From contig CAVUMN010000004.1 in assembly GCA_963742735.1 (NCBI GenBank), positions 1,472,001 through 1,536,000 of the forward strand: 64,000 bases of DNA, written 5' to 3'. The translations under genes and the position numbers were made by a program. The notes beneath the pieces were generated by a model. That model made no database searches and had not been told where the DNA came from. It saw only the letters and a list, made by a program, of their open reading frames with translations. The DNA is from an uncultured Actinomycetes bacterium. GTDB lineage: Bacteria; Actinomycetota; UBA4738; JBBDTT01. This document shows positions 29,255 to 39,302 of this stretch, one piece after another. Within the stretch, counting starts at the first letter, position 1. Each line of letters begins with the position of its first letter.

Positions 29255-31396
29255 GTGCTCGCTTCAGGTACTCGCACCCACCGAGCCCACAGCTTCGTCA
29301 TCCTCATCGCCCTGTTCGCCGTCGTGGCCGGCCCGGTCATGACGCCGGCCGGCGCGCAATCGGCCGACCCGTCGGTCCTGGGCGCCTTCTCGAAGCCGAT
29401 CGAGGAAGCCGGCGCCGCCCCCGCGTGCGTCGAGAAGGACGGAACCCAGGTCTGCAAGCCGACCGCCGTGAGCATCGGCGTCCTCAACGACGGCCGCGTC
29501 ATGTACTTCAACGGCATCGAGGCCTCGGAGAACGCCCAGTACTCCATCGCGCCGAGCAACGGCGTGTGGGGCCGCGACGCCAAGTCCCGCACCCTGGACC
29601 TGCGCAACGGCAAGCCCTTCTTCGCCGTGCCCACCCCCGAGAACGGCGGCGGGACGAACCCGAACATCGGCGCGAGCGACGACCCGCTCGTGAACCTGCT
29701 CGGCATGCTGGGTGTGCCCGGCCGTCCCGGTGACGGGCTGGTCGGCAGCACCATCGGCCAGTTCTATCCATCCTCGCCGTGGGCCTCGCCGGACGACCCG
29801 GCGGCCAACGACGTCGACATGTTCTGCTCGGATCTCTCCCACCTGGCCGACGGCCGCATCCTGGTGGCCGGCGGAAGCGACTTCTACGCCGAGCCGAACG
29901 TGCCGTACGACGCCCCGGAGATCGGCGGGTGGGGCCTGGCCGAGCTCGAGGGCATCCGCAACACCCGCATCTTCGATCCGAAGACGAACCGGTTCATGCA
30001 GGCCGGTCACATGAAGTACGGGCGCTGGTACCCGACGCTCGTCACCCGGCCCGACGGCAAGGTGTTCGTGGCCAGCGGCGTCGCCAAGCTCGTGAAGTCC
30101 ACGCAGGGCAGCAACGTCCGGCGCACGGAGACGTTCGACCCGAAGACCCTGAAGTGGACCGACAACTACACGAGCATGGCGTCGGAGAACTCGCTGCCCC
30201 TGTACGCGCGGCTGCACCTGGTGAACGGAAAGGTGTTCTACACCGGCGTCGGACAGGGCAACGGCTTCGGACCGACGGGCTGGGCCCTCGACGAGCCCTT
30301 GTGGGTGATGCAGCAGTTCTTCAACCTCGAGACGAACGAGTGGGAGATCTCGGGGCTGTCGCAGTTCGGCTTCCGCAGCGGCGCGTTCAGCGTGATGCTG
30401 CCGCTGAAGCCTCCGTATCACGAGACCAAGATCCTGATCGGCGGCGGCGTGCTGGGACAGACCCCGAGCACCGTCGCCGCGCTCCCGATCTCCGAGGTCC
30501 TGACCATCGACCACGAGGACAACGTGACGGCCGAGCGCACGTCGGACATGCTGAACTCGCGGTGGTTCACGACCGCGGTCGTGATGCCCGACGGGAAGGT
30601 CGCCGCGTTCAACGGCGCCAACACCGACGAGGTCCTGGTGCCCGGCCCGAACATCCCGGTCCGCCAGGCCGAGCTGTTCGACCCGGCGACGGGGGAGTGG
30701 ACCGCGCTGGCCACGAGCGGGCGTGACCGCACGTACCACAGCAGCGCGGTGCTCCTGCCAGACGCGCGGATCCTGGTGGGCGGCCACTCGCCGATCCCCG
30801 CGGGGAACCTGACCCACCGCGACCTGGGCGCGCCGTTCGCGAACAACGACAAGGACCCGAGCTTCGAGGTGTACAGCCCGCCGTATCTGTACCGCGGAGC
30901 GCGGCCCTCGATCGCGTACGCCCCGTCGGGCGTGAGGTGGGGCTCGACGTTCAACGTGAAGCTGGGCGGGCCGTACGACGGCGGCGACGTGGACTCCGTG
31001 GTGCTGATCCGGCTGCCGGACCAAACCCACACCCTGGACGCCGACCAGCGCAACGTGGAACTGGCCTTCACGGGCAGCGGGAAGACGCTGCGGGTCAAGG
31101 CGCCTCCGAGCGGTGAGATCGCGCCGCCGGGGCCGTACTACCTGTTCGTCAACCGCAAGTCGGCCAAGGGCCCGATCCCCTCGGTCGCGAAGGTCGTGAC
31201 GGTGGGCGGCAAGGCCAGCACGATCGCCGCCCGGACGCCGATGAAGAACTCGCTGATCGCCGTGTCGAAGGGCACGGCGTCGCAGCCGCAGGACTCGAGC
31301 GCGAGCAGCGACCTGCTCGAGCCCCTGGGAGCGGCGTTCGTCCCGCTGGCCGGCTTCGCGTTCCGCCGGCGCCGGAGGAAGGTGCTCGAGACCTAG
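29255..31396 (+). CDS. Secreted copper-radical oxidase (galactose/glyoxal oxidase-like, AA5; kelch propeller plus DUF1929)
   Basis: DMFCS (cofactor Cys), RWYPT (cofactor Tyr), RTYHS (Tyr/His ligands) and QTHT (His). Signal peptide, and a C-terminal hydrophobic segment followed by RRRRRK. GTG start after AAAGGGAGG. Confidence 0.88.
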   Translation: MLASGTRTHRAHSFVILIALFAVVAGPVMTPAGAQSADPSVLGAFSKPIEEAGAAPACVEKDGTQVCKPTAVSIGVLNDGRVMYFNGIEASENAQYSIAPSNGVWGRDAKSRTLDLRNGKPFFAVPTPENGGGTNPNIGASDDPLVNLLGMLGVPGRPGDGLVGSTIGQFYPSSPWASPDDPAANDVDMFCSDLSHLADGRILVAGGSDFYAEPNVPYDAPEIGGWGLAELEGIRNTRIFDPKTNRFMQAGHMKYGRWYPTLVTRPDGKVFVASGVAKLVKSTQGSNVRRTETFDPKTLKWTDNYTSMASENSLPLYARLHLVNGKVFYTGVGQGNGFGPTGWALDEPLWVMQQFFNLETNEWEISGLSQFGFRSGAFSVMLPLKPPYHETKILIGGGVLGQTPSTVAALPISEVLTIDHEDNVTAERTSDMLNSRWFTTAVVMPDGKVAAFNGANTDEVLVPGPNIPVRQAELFDPATGEWTALATSGRDRTYHSSAVLLPDARILVGGHSPIPAGNLTHRDLGAPFANNDKDPSFEVYSPPYLYRGARPSIAYAPSGVRWGSTFNVKLGGPYDGGDVDSVVLIRLPDQTHTLDADQRNVELAFTGSGKTLRVKAPPSGEIAPPGPYYLFVNRKSAKGPIPSVAKVVTVGGKASTIAARTPMKNSLIAVSKGTASQPQDSSASSDLLEPLGAAFVPLAGFAFRRRRRKVLET

Positions 31397-32376
31397 GGCC
31401 GGGTCTCGGGGAGGTCCAGCTGGACGTCGGCGGTGCCCGGAGCCTCGGGGACCTCGCCCGAGGGGCCGACCGCGACGAACTTCTTGCCCTGCATCTCGAC
31501 CGTGTACAGGACGCGGCGGTCGGTCCGGCTCTGGGCGGGCTGGGTGGTGACCACCACCTCGGTGTGCTCCGCGAGGGCTCCGGCGTTGACCTTCGGCACC
31601 ACGTACTCCTCGACCGGAAAGATGCCGGCCGAGTTCGACAGCTCGACCCGGATGAGGATCGGGCGAACCTTGCCCTTCTCGATGGAGACGCGCTCGATCG
31701 AGACCCCTCCGATCGTGTGGATGCTGATCGAGCCCATGTCCAGGGCGTAGCGGGACCGGCCCTTGGTCATGTCGCACGCGTCGGCAACGGCGACCACGGC
31801 CGACTCGACCGTGAGCGGGGGGACCTTGCCGTCGTGGGCACGGATCGAGTGCAGGATGAACGCCCGGAGCTCGTACCGTTGCTCGGGGTCGTCGTAGATC
31901 GGGGTCAGCAGACGGTCGAGGAGCCCGATAGCGATCATGACGCCGTACTGCTCGTGCCCCTCCCGATGGACCTGGTTGCCGATGTCGTGCAGGAGCGACG
32001 ACGTCACCGCCACCATGAACGCGTCGTCCAGGTCACCGGCGCCGGAGGCGACGACGTCGGTCGTGACCTCGGCCTCGACCAGCAGCTGGAGGAGGCTCGC
32101 CGCGCTCGCGCCGACGACCTTGTGGTGGACCTCCCCGTGGTCGTTGTAGCCCATCTTGGTGACCACCAGGTAGTCGGCCATGTCCCAGTCGGCCATGACC
32201 TCCGGGTCGGCCAGCAGGGCCTCGGTCATCGCCGCCGTCCGCGGGTACGGCGCGATCAGCTCGCGAAGCCGGGCAACGGCGTTCTCACCGAGCTCCGCGT
32301 AGTCCCTCGAAAGGCGAACCTCGACCCCGTCGTCGTCCATGACGAGGTCCGGCCGCTCCACCTTGACCCGAGCCAT
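31393..32376 (-). CDS. HD-domain metal-dependent phosphohydrolase
   Basis: Motifs YNDHGEVH, LLHDIGN and VADACDMTKGRSR. Confidence 0.85.
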   Translation of the reverse strand: MARVKVERPDLVMDDDGVEVRLSRDYAELGENAVARLRELIAPYPRTAAMTEALLADPEVMADWDMADYLVVTKMGYNDHGEVHHKVVGASAASLLQLLVEAEVTTDVVASGAGDLDDAFMVAVTSSLLHDIGNQVHREGHEQYGVMIAIGLLDRLLTPIYDDPEQRYELRAFILHSIRAHDGKVPPLTVESAVVAVADACDMTKGRSRYALDMGSISIHTIGGVSIERVSIEKGKVRPILIRVELSNSAGIFPVEEYVVPKVNAGALAEHTEVVVTTQPAQSRTDRRVLYTVEMQGKKFVAVGPSGEVPEAPGTADVQLDLPETRP

Positions 32377-32424
32377 GGTCACCCTCCTCGCGCCGAATGA
32401 GCTGAGGCCGCGACACTACCGGAG

Positions 32425-33996
32425 CTACCAGGCGTCGATCATCGGGCGCTTCTTACCGGTCCTCGGGGCGGGCGGCGGGGCGGCTCGCAAGGTGTTGACG
32501 ATCAGGGCTCGCGAGTCCGCGGGGTCGATGACGTCGTCGATCTCGAAGCCGGTCGCCAGGTTCAGGGCCTTGCCGTGCTCGTACGCGAGCTCGACCATCC
32601 CCGCCATCGCCTTCGCGCGTTCCTCCTCGTCCTGGATCGCCTCCAGCTCCTTGCGGAAACCGAGCTTCACGGCGCCCTCCAGGTTCATGCCGCCGAACTC
32701 GCCGGTCGGCCAGCTCACCGTGAACAGCGGGGCGTGGAAGCTGCCGCCGGCCATCGCCTGCGCGCCCAGCCCGTAGCCCTTGCGCAGGACGATCGTCATG
32801 TAGGGCACCGTCAGGCTCGCCCCCGTCACGAACATCCTCGAGAAGTGACGGACCTGCGCCGTCTTCTCGGCCTCGGGCCCGACCATGAACCCCGGCGTGT
32901 CGCACAGGAACAGGATCGGCAGGTCGTGCGCGTCGCACAGCTGCATGAACCGGCCGGCCTTGTCGGCGCCGTCGCTGTCGATCGCGCCGCCCAGCCGCCG
33001 GGGGTCGTTGGCGATCACGCCCAGCGGCCGGCCTTCCATCCGGATCAGCGCGGTCACGATCGTCCGGCCGAACCCCGGCCGGAGCTCCAGGACCGAGTCC
33101 GTGTCGGCCAGGCCCTCGATCACCCGGCGCGTGTCGTAGGCCCGCCGGCGGTTCTCCGGCACCACGTCGCGGAGCAGTGACTGGTCGGGCGCATCCCACT
33201 CAGCGACCGGGCCCTGGAAGTAGGAGAGGTACCGCTTCGCGACGCCGACGGCCTCGGCCTCGTCCTTGACCGCCACGTCGACCACGCCGTTCGCGGTCTG
33301 GACCGACATCGACCCGACGTCCTCGGGCGCGTGGGTCCCGAGACCGCCGGCCTCGATCATCGCCGGGCCGCCCATCCCGATCGAAGCGTCCTCGGTGGCG
33401 ATGATCGCGTCGCAGCACCCGAGCAGCGCCGCGTTGCCGGCGAACACGAAGCCGGAGGCGATCCCCACCGACGGCACGAGCCCGGACAGCCGGGCGAACA
33501 GCGCGAAGGCCATCACGTCGAGCCCCGAGACCGTGGGGACGTCGGTGTCGCCGGGCCTCCCGCCGCCGCCCTCGGCGAACAGGACCACCGGCAGCCGCAG
33601 CCGCTCGACGATCTCGAACAGCCGGTCCTTCTTCCGGTGATTGACCGCGCCCTGGGTCCCCGCGAGGACCGTGTAGTCGTACGCGACGACGGCGCACCGA
33701 GCGCGGTCGTCGTCGAACCGCTCGCCGTTCACCCGGCCGATCCCGGCCACGAGGCCGTCGGCCGGGGTCCTCTCGATCAGCTCGTCGAGGGTCCGGCGCG
33801 AGCGCTGCGCGGCCAGGGCCAGGGAGCCGAACTCCACGAAGCTGTCCGGGTCCAGGAGGTCCTCGACGTTCTCCCGAGCGGTCCGCCGCCCGGCCTCCCG
33901 CCGCCGCTCCACCGCGCCCGGCCGCGCGTCGTCGCGGGTGGCGGCCTGGCGCCGCCGCACCTCGGACAGCTCCGGCCTGAGGTCGTCGTCCTCCAT
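32425..33996 (-). CDS. Acyl-CoA carboxylase carboxyltransferase subunit
   Basis: Motifs RTAREN, AYDYTVLAGTQG, EGGGGRPGD, DTPGFMVG and RKGYGLG. Confidence 0.9.
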   Translation of the reverse strand: MEDDDLRPELSEVRRRQAATRDDARPGAVERRREAGRRTARENVEDLLDPDSFVEFGSLALAAQRSRRTLDELIERTPADGLVAGIGRVNGERFDDDRARCAVVAYDYTVLAGTQGAVNHRKKDRLFEIVERLRLPVVLFAEGGGGRPGDTDVPTVSGLDVMAFALFARLSGLVPSVGIASGFVFAGNAALLGCCDAIIATEDASIGMGGPAMIEAGGLGTHAPEDVGSMSVQTANGVVDVAVKDEAEAVGVAKRYLSYFQGPVAEWDAPDQSLLRDVVPENRRRAYDTRRVIEGLADTDSVLELRPGFGRTIVTALIRMEGRPLGVIANDPRRLGGAIDSDGADKAGRFMQLCDAHDLPILFLCDTPGFMVGPEAEKTAQVRHFSRMFVTGASLTVPYMTIVLRKGYGLGAQAMAGGSFHAPLFTVSWPTGEFGGMNLEGAVKLGFRKELEAIQDEEERAKAMAGMVELAYEHGKALNLATGFEIDDVIDPADSRALIVNTLRAAPPPAPRTGKKRPMIDAW

Positions 33997-34038
33997 CGGG
34001 GAAACCCTAGCCCAGGCGAGGATGCGTATCCTCGGGAC

Positions 34039-35163
34039 ATGTCGCCGCCATCGCTCACCTGGGCCCAGGTCGCGGCGTGGCGGGCGAGCCGCCATCACCT
34101 GGACAAGCGGGTGCCCGCGTCGAAGGCGCTCGGCGTCGTCTCGCGGCTGGGCGGGCTCCACGCCCAGGTGATGTCCTCGGCCGAGCTCTCCCTGTGGAAT
34201 CGCGTCAACAGCGTGACGCGCGAGACGCTGCCGGGGGCCCTGTGGGAGACGCGGAGCCTGGTCAAGACCTGGGCGATGCGCGGGACGCTCCACCTGTTGC
34301 CGTCCTCGGAGTACCCCGCATGGCAGGCGGCGCTCGACACGTCCTACAAGCACTACCTGCGGCCGGCCTGGCTGAAGTGGATGGAGGTCACCGAGCCGCA
34401 GCTGGTCTCCTTCATCGACGCGGTGGGCGAGGCCCTCGAGGGACGCACCCTGACCCGCGAGCAGCTGTCGGCCGAGGTCGCCGAGCGAACCGGCTCGGAG
34501 AAGCTCGGTGAGCTGGTGCTGGGGTCCTGGGGGTCGGCCCTGAAGCCGGCCTCGTACCGCGGCCGGGTGTGCTTCGCGCCCGGGGAAGGACCGAAGGTCC
34601 AGTTCACGAACCCCTCGACCTGGCTTCCGGCGGCCGGCGCGCTCGACGGCGACCCCATGCAGGAGATCGCGCGGCGGTTTCTGTCCGCCTACGGCCCGGC
34701 CACCACGCAGGACTTCGGGCGATGGTGGGCGGGCGGGATGGGCGCGAAGGCCGGCAAGACGGTGGCCGGCCTCGAGGACGCCGTCGAGGTCGACGTCGAG
34801 GGGACGCCGGCCTGGGCCCTGGAGGCGGACGTGAACGTCATGGCCGCGGCCAAGGGTGCGGGCACGGTCCGTCTGCTCCCCGCGTTCGATCCCTACGTCA
34901 TCGGCGCCAGCGCGCACACGGAATCGCTCATGCCCGGCCCGTTCCGGTCCCGGGTCTTCCGTGCGCAGGGATGGCTGTCGCCGGTGGTCCTGATCGACGG
35001 CCGGATCGAGGGCGTCTGGTCCTCGGAGGTCAAGGGCCGGACGGTCCACGTGAAGGTGGAGCCGTTCGTGAGCCTGCCGGCCCGCCGCAAGCCGAACCTG
35101 CGGGCCGAGGCCGAGAAGCTGGCAGGCTTCCTGGGCGGACGCCTCGAACTCACCCTGGAGTGA
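34039..35163 (+). CDS. AlkZ-like (HTH_42) DNA glycosylase
   Basis: GLHAQ catalytic-type motif, KTWAMRGTLHL, FLSAYGPAT..DF..W and VRLLPAFDPY. Confidence 0.85.
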   Translation: MSPPSLTWAQVAAWRASRHHLDKRVPASKALGVVSRLGGLHAQVMSSAELSLWNRVNSVTRETLPGALWETRSLVKTWAMRGTLHLLPSSEYPAWQAALDTSYKHYLRPAWLKWMEVTEPQLVSFIDAVGEALEGRTLTREQLSAEVAERTGSEKLGELVLGSWGSALKPASYRGRVCFAPGEGPKVQFTNPSTWLPAAGALDGDPMQEIARRFLSAYGPATTQDFGRWWAGGMGAKAGKTVAGLEDAVEVDVEGTPAWALEADVNVMAAAKGAGTVRLLPAFDPYVIGASAHTESLMPGPFRSRVFRAQGWLSPVVLIDGRIEGVWSSEVKGRTVHVKVEPFVSLPARRKPNLRAEAEKLAGFLGGRLELTLE

Positions 35164-35176
35164 CGCCCCGGAACCC

Positions 35177-35218
35177 TTGACTCACGCTCCCTCCGGGTGG
35201 TAAACAAGCGTTCATTCA
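35177..35218 (+). promoter_or_regulatory. Promoter of the long catabolic operon with an overlapping putative TetR operator
   Basis: TTGACT-N18-(TGG)TAAACA. The imperfect palindrome TAAACAAGCGTTCATTCA (35201-18) overlaps the -10 and start region. Confidence 0.45.
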
Positions 35219-35219
35219 C

Positions 35220-36671
35220 ATGGCGAACGTGAGGCCGTCCATGTCCAGCACCGTCCGCGCACGAACTCGCCTGAGGACCGCCGCCCTGCTCCTGGCCGCC
35301 CTGCTGGTCTCCTCCGGGTGCTCCGGCGGCGGGTTCCCCGGCGACGACGCCTCGCCGGTCGCGCTGAGCTCGCCGACGCCGTCGGACAGCACGTCCCCCG
35401 GCACCAAGCCGGGGAAGAAGCCGGGGAAGAAGGGCGGTCCGCAGGCCACGCCGACCACGCCCAGCGGCGACCCCGGCATCGGCATCAAGGACCCGAGCGG
35501 CGACGGCCCGCCGGTCGCCAACCTGTTCACCCCTGCCGAGGACCGCATCGGGATCTCGCCGAGCACGATCACCATGTGCGGCCACGCGGCGCTGACCTAC
35601 GCCGCTGCCTTCGACACCTCGCCCGAGGACCTGAACGTGTACTGGGAGATGGTCAGGGACCAGGGCGGCATCTACGGCCGCAACGTCGACATGACCTACG
35701 AGAACGACAACTACGACCCGACGACCGCGCGCCAGGCGGCGGAGACGTGCTACGCGAGGGACCCGTTCATCCTGGTCGGCGGGATCGGGTTCGACCAGAT
35801 CCCGGCGGTTCGCGCGTTCGCCGAGGAGCACCACATCCTCTACATCCACCACATCGCCCGCCAGGACCTAACGAAGCGGTACAGCTTCAGCGCCCTGCCG
35901 ACGGTGGAGCAGCTCGGCAAGCTCGCCGCCCAGTGGATCGCCACCCAGCACCCCGGCAAGAAGATCGGCGCGTTCTACCGTGACAGCGAGAACTGGGACC
36001 CCGGGTACAAGGCGTTCGTCGCCGAGCTGAAGCGGTTGAAGCAGAACTTCTTCGGCGGTGCCGCCGTCGCGAGCGATCAGCGCAGCTATTCGACGGCGTT
36101 GAACAACTTCCAGCAGAACGACGTCCAGGTCCTGTTCGGCTGGGAGAACGCCCTGAACGGGACCAACATGATCCTGCAGGCCAAGTCCCAGAACTACAGC
36201 CCCCAGTGGGTGATGTTCCCGTTCAACCTCGAGACCGACACGCTCGAGGACGCGGCCCTGTCCCCGCCGGTCGAGGGGATCGCCGCCTGGTCGGCGTACA
36301 CGCCCGGTGACTACTCCGGGCCGTTCGCCGAGTACGCCGACGAGATCCACCGTTTCGAGAACGCCTACGCGCAGCACCGGCCCGGCCTGAAGAAGCTGAC
36401 CGACCTGCACTGGCAGGTCTGGCTCGCGTGGAAGACCATCCATACCCTCCTGGTCCGGTGCGGGGCCGACTGCACGCGCAACAAGATGGTCGGGCTCCTG
36501 CTCGGCAAGAAGTACGGCTACGCCGAGACCAAGCCGGACTGCCCCGTGGACTTCACCCGCAACGGCCACGTGGGCGGGTTCTCCGCGTCGTTCTACCGCG
36601 CGTACGCGGGGCCGCAGGGAGCCGCGTGGCGGCACGTGCCCGGGTTCCACTGCCGAGAGTCGCTCGTCTAG
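35220..36671 (+). CDS. ABC transporter substrate-binding lipoprotein (Liv/PBP type 1-like)
   Basis: Lipobox LLVSSGC, Pro/Lys linker, and GGIYGRNV...ENDNYDP. First gene of an operon containing LivHMGF homologs. Start may be 35241. Confidence 0.8.
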   Translation: MANVRPSMSSTVRARTRLRTAALLLAALLVSSGCSGGGFPGDDASPVALSSPTPSDSTSPGTKPGKKPGKKGGPQATPTTPSGDPGIGIKDPSGDGPPVANLFTPAEDRIGISPSTITMCGHAALTYAAAFDTSPEDLNVYWEMVRDQGGIYGRNVDMTYENDNYDPTTARQAAETCYARDPFILVGGIGFDQIPAVRAFAEEHHILYIHHIARQDLTKRYSFSALPTVEQLGKLAAQWIATQHPGKKIGAFYRDSENWDPGYKAFVAELKRLKQNFFGGAAVASDQRSYSTALNNFQQNDVQVLFGWENALNGTNMILQAKSQNYSPQWVMFPFNLETDTLEDAALSPPVEGIAAWSAYTPGDYSGPFAEYADEIHRFENAYAQHRPGLKKLTDLHWQVWLAWKTIHTLLVRCGADCTRNKMVGLLLGKKYGYAETKPDCPVDFTRNGHVGGFSASFYRAYAGPQGAAWRHVPGFHCRESLV

Positions 36672-36684
36672 AAAGAGGCCGGCC

Positions 36685-38298
36685 ATGGCGATGATGGACA
36701 CGCCGCTGGGGACGTGGCTGCTCTTCGCCAACGTCGAGCGCCACTTCGGGGCGACCGAGGTCGTCACCCGGATGCCGTCCACCGACCTGCACCGATACAC
36801 GTTCGCGGACTTCGCGCGGCGGGCCCAGCAGCTGATGCACGCCCTCGACGCGCTGGGGATCGAGCGGGGGGAGCGGGTGGCGACCCTGGCGTGGAACACC
36901 CACCGCCACCTGGAGGCGTACTTCGCCGTCCCCAACACCGAGCGAGTCCTGCACACCCTGAACCTTCGGCTCTCGCCCGAGGACCTCGCGTACATCATCG
37001 GCCACGCCGACGACCGCGCGATCCTGGTCGACCCGGACCTGGTGCCGATCCTCGAGAAGGTCGGGCCCGAGGCCCTGGCCAAGGTCGAGCACTTCGTGGT
37101 CCTGGGGGACGAGGTCCCGGAGACGACGCTGCCGAACGTCGTGGCCTACGAGGACCTGATCGCCGATCACCCCGAGTCCTACGCGCGCCGCGACATCCCC
37201 GAGAACACCCCGTGCGGCATCTGCTACACGTCCGGTACGACCGGGCGGCCGAAGGGCGCGGTCTACACCCACCGCTCGACGTTCCTGCACTCGCTGGGAG
37301 CGCTGACGTCGTCCGGGCTCGCCTTCGGGCCGAGCGACTGCGTCCTTCCGATCGTGCCGATGTTCCACGCGAACGCGTGGGGGGTGGCGCACGCGGCGGT
37401 CGCCGCCGGGACGAAGCTGGTGTTCACCGGCCCCCACCTGGACCCGGCGAACGTCGTGGACCTGATGGCCCGCGAGCGGGTGACCGTCGCGGCCGGGGTC
37501 CCCACGATCTGGTTGGGGGTTGGCGACGAGCTCGCGTCGAGCGGCGTCCGCCTGCCGCACCTGCGCCACGTGGTGTGCGGCGGCTCGCAGCCGCCCCGCG
37601 CGCTGATCGAGCGGTTCCTCAAGGAGTTCGGCATCCCCATCCTGCAGGCATGGGGGATGACCGAGACGAGCCCGCTGGCCTCGGTCGCCCTGCCCCAGGA
37701 ACGCATGCACGACTGGGAGGACGCGCGGCTCACCGACGCCGTCCGGACCAGGGCCGGGCTGCCCGTCCCGGGCGTCGAGGTGACGATCCGCGACGACGCG
37801 GGGAACGACGTCGCCTTCGACGGCGAGACCATGGGCGAGCTGCTGGTTCGCGGCCCGTGGATCATCGACGAATACCTCTACGGCGAGGGTCAGGACCGGT
37901 TCACCGAGGACGGGTGGTTCCGCACCGGGGACGTGGCCATCGGCTCGCCGGAGGGCTACTTCGTGATCGCCGACCGTTCCAAGGACCTCATCAAGTCGGG
38001 CGGTGAGTGGATCTCGTCGGTCGACATGGAGGCGGCGATCATGGCGATGTCCGGCGTCGCCGAGGCCGCGGTGGTTGCGATCCCCGACCCGAAGTGGCAG
38101 GAGCGCCCCCTGGCCTGCGTCGTGCCCCGCCCCGGCCAGACGGTGAGCCTCGAAGACGTCCGCGCGCACCTGTCGGCGAACGGATTCGCCAAGTGGCAGC
38201 TGCCGGACCGCATCGAGCTGATCGACGCCGTGCCGAAGACGACGGTCGGCAAGTTCGACAAGAAGGTCCTGCGGGCGATGTTCGGCGAGGGCGCGTGA
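36685..38298 (+). CDS. Acyl-CoA synthetase (medium/long-chain fatty acid-CoA ligase, AlkK-like)
   Basis: Motifs YTSGTTGRPKG, PMFHANAWG, WGMTETSP, DRSKDLIKSGGEWISS and VGKFDK. Confidence 0.92.
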   Translation: MAMMDTPLGTWLLFANVERHFGATEVVTRMPSTDLHRYTFADFARRAQQLMHALDALGIERGERVATLAWNTHRHLEAYFAVPNTERVLHTLNLRLSPEDLAYIIGHADDRAILVDPDLVPILEKVGPEALAKVEHFVVLGDEVPETTLPNVVAYEDLIADHPESYARRDIPENTPCGICYTSGTTGRPKGAVYTHRSTFLHSLGALTSSGLAFGPSDCVLPIVPMFHANAWGVAHAAVAAGTKLVFTGPHLDPANVVDLMARERVTVAAGVPTIWLGVGDELASSGVRLPHLRHVVCGGSQPPRALIERFLKEFGIPILQAWGMTETSPLASVALPQERMHDWEDARLTDAVRTRAGLPVPGVEVTIRDDAGNDVAFDGETMGELLVRGPWIIDEYLYGEGQDRFTEDGWFRTGDVAIGSPEGYFVIADRSKDLIKSGGEWISSVDMEAAIMAMSGVAEAAVVAIPDPKWQERPLACVVPRPGQTVSLEDVRAHLSANGFAKWQLPDRIELIDAVPKTTVGKFDKKVLRAMFGEGA

Positions 38299-39302
38299 CT
38301 CGCCGGCTGCTCGCCCTCGGGGCCTCGCTCGCCGTCCTGCTTACCCTGCCTGCGCCGTCCGCCGGCGCCGCCGGGCAGCGGCCCGGAACCACCCGCCGGT
38401 ACACCTTCGAGAACGAGGCCGGCGCTCGCGACTACCTGCTGCACGTGCCGAGCGGCTACCGAGGCCGGCGCGTCCCGCTGCTGGTGTTCCTCCACGGGTG
38501 CACCCAGGACGCCGAGGTGGCGCGGGTGCAGACCCATCTGGACGAGCTCGCCGATTCCCGGACGTTCCTGCTGGCCTACCCCGAGCAGGACCTCGACGAG
38601 AACGGCGGCCGGTGCTGGAACTGGTTCCTGCCGGAGAACTGGGAGCGGGGGACGGGGGAGCCGGCGATCATCGCCGGGCTGACCCGCGACCTGATGCGTC
38701 GGTACCGGGTGGACCCGCGGCGCGTGTTCGTGGCCGGGGTCTCCGCGGGCGGGGCCATGACCGCGGTGATGGGCCTGACCTACCCGGACCTGTACGCGGC
38801 GCTCGCCTCCCACGCGGGCTGCCAGTACCGTGGCGGGCCCTGCATGGGGATCCCCGCCGCCGTGCCTCCCGACCGGACCGGCCCCTGGGCGCACGAGGCG
38901 ATGGGCTCCCGCGCCAGACAGCTGCCGCTGTTCGCGACCGTCGGCAGCGCCGACGCGGTCGCCCCACCCGCGAACACCGACGCGCTGGTGCATCAGTTCC
39001 TGTACGCGGCCGACCTGGCCGACGACGGGGTCGAGAACGGATCCGTAAGCCACCAGCCCGCCCGCTCCCGTCGCGTGACTCCGGCCGGGCGCCGCCCGTA
39101 CGACGTCGACGTCTACACCGACCGCCGAGGGTGCCTGCTCGAGGAGCACTGGGTCATCGATGGGATGAACCACGCGTACTCGGGCGGGGACGGCTCGGTC
39201 ATGTACAGCGACCCGACCGGTCCCGACGTGAACCTGCCGATGTGGCGGTTCCTCATGTCCCACCCGATGCCGACGCGCCTGAGGGGGGTTCTCTGCCGAT
39301 GA
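38295..39302 (+). CDS. Secreted PHB-depolymerase-family esterase (type 1 catalytic domain)
   Basis: Signal peptide. Motifs LHGCTQ, CWNWF, GVSAGG (lipase box) and GMNHAYSGG. Confidence 0.88.
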   Translation: MTRRLLALGASLAVLLTLPAPSAGAAGQRPGTTRRYTFENEAGARDYLLHVPSGYRGRRVPLLVFLHGCTQDAEVARVQTHLDELADSRTFLLAYPEQDLDENGGRCWNWFLPENWERGTGEPAIIAGLTRDLMRRYRVDPRRVFVAGVSAGGAMTAVMGLTYPDLYAALASHAGCQYRGGPCMGIPAAVPPDRTGPWAHEAMGSRARQLPLFATVGSADAVAPPANTDALVHQFLYAADLADDGVENGSVSHQPARSRRVTPAGRRPYDVDVYTDRRGCLLEEHWVIDGMNHAYSGGDGSVMYSDPTGPDVNLPMWRFLMSHPMPTRLRGVLCR

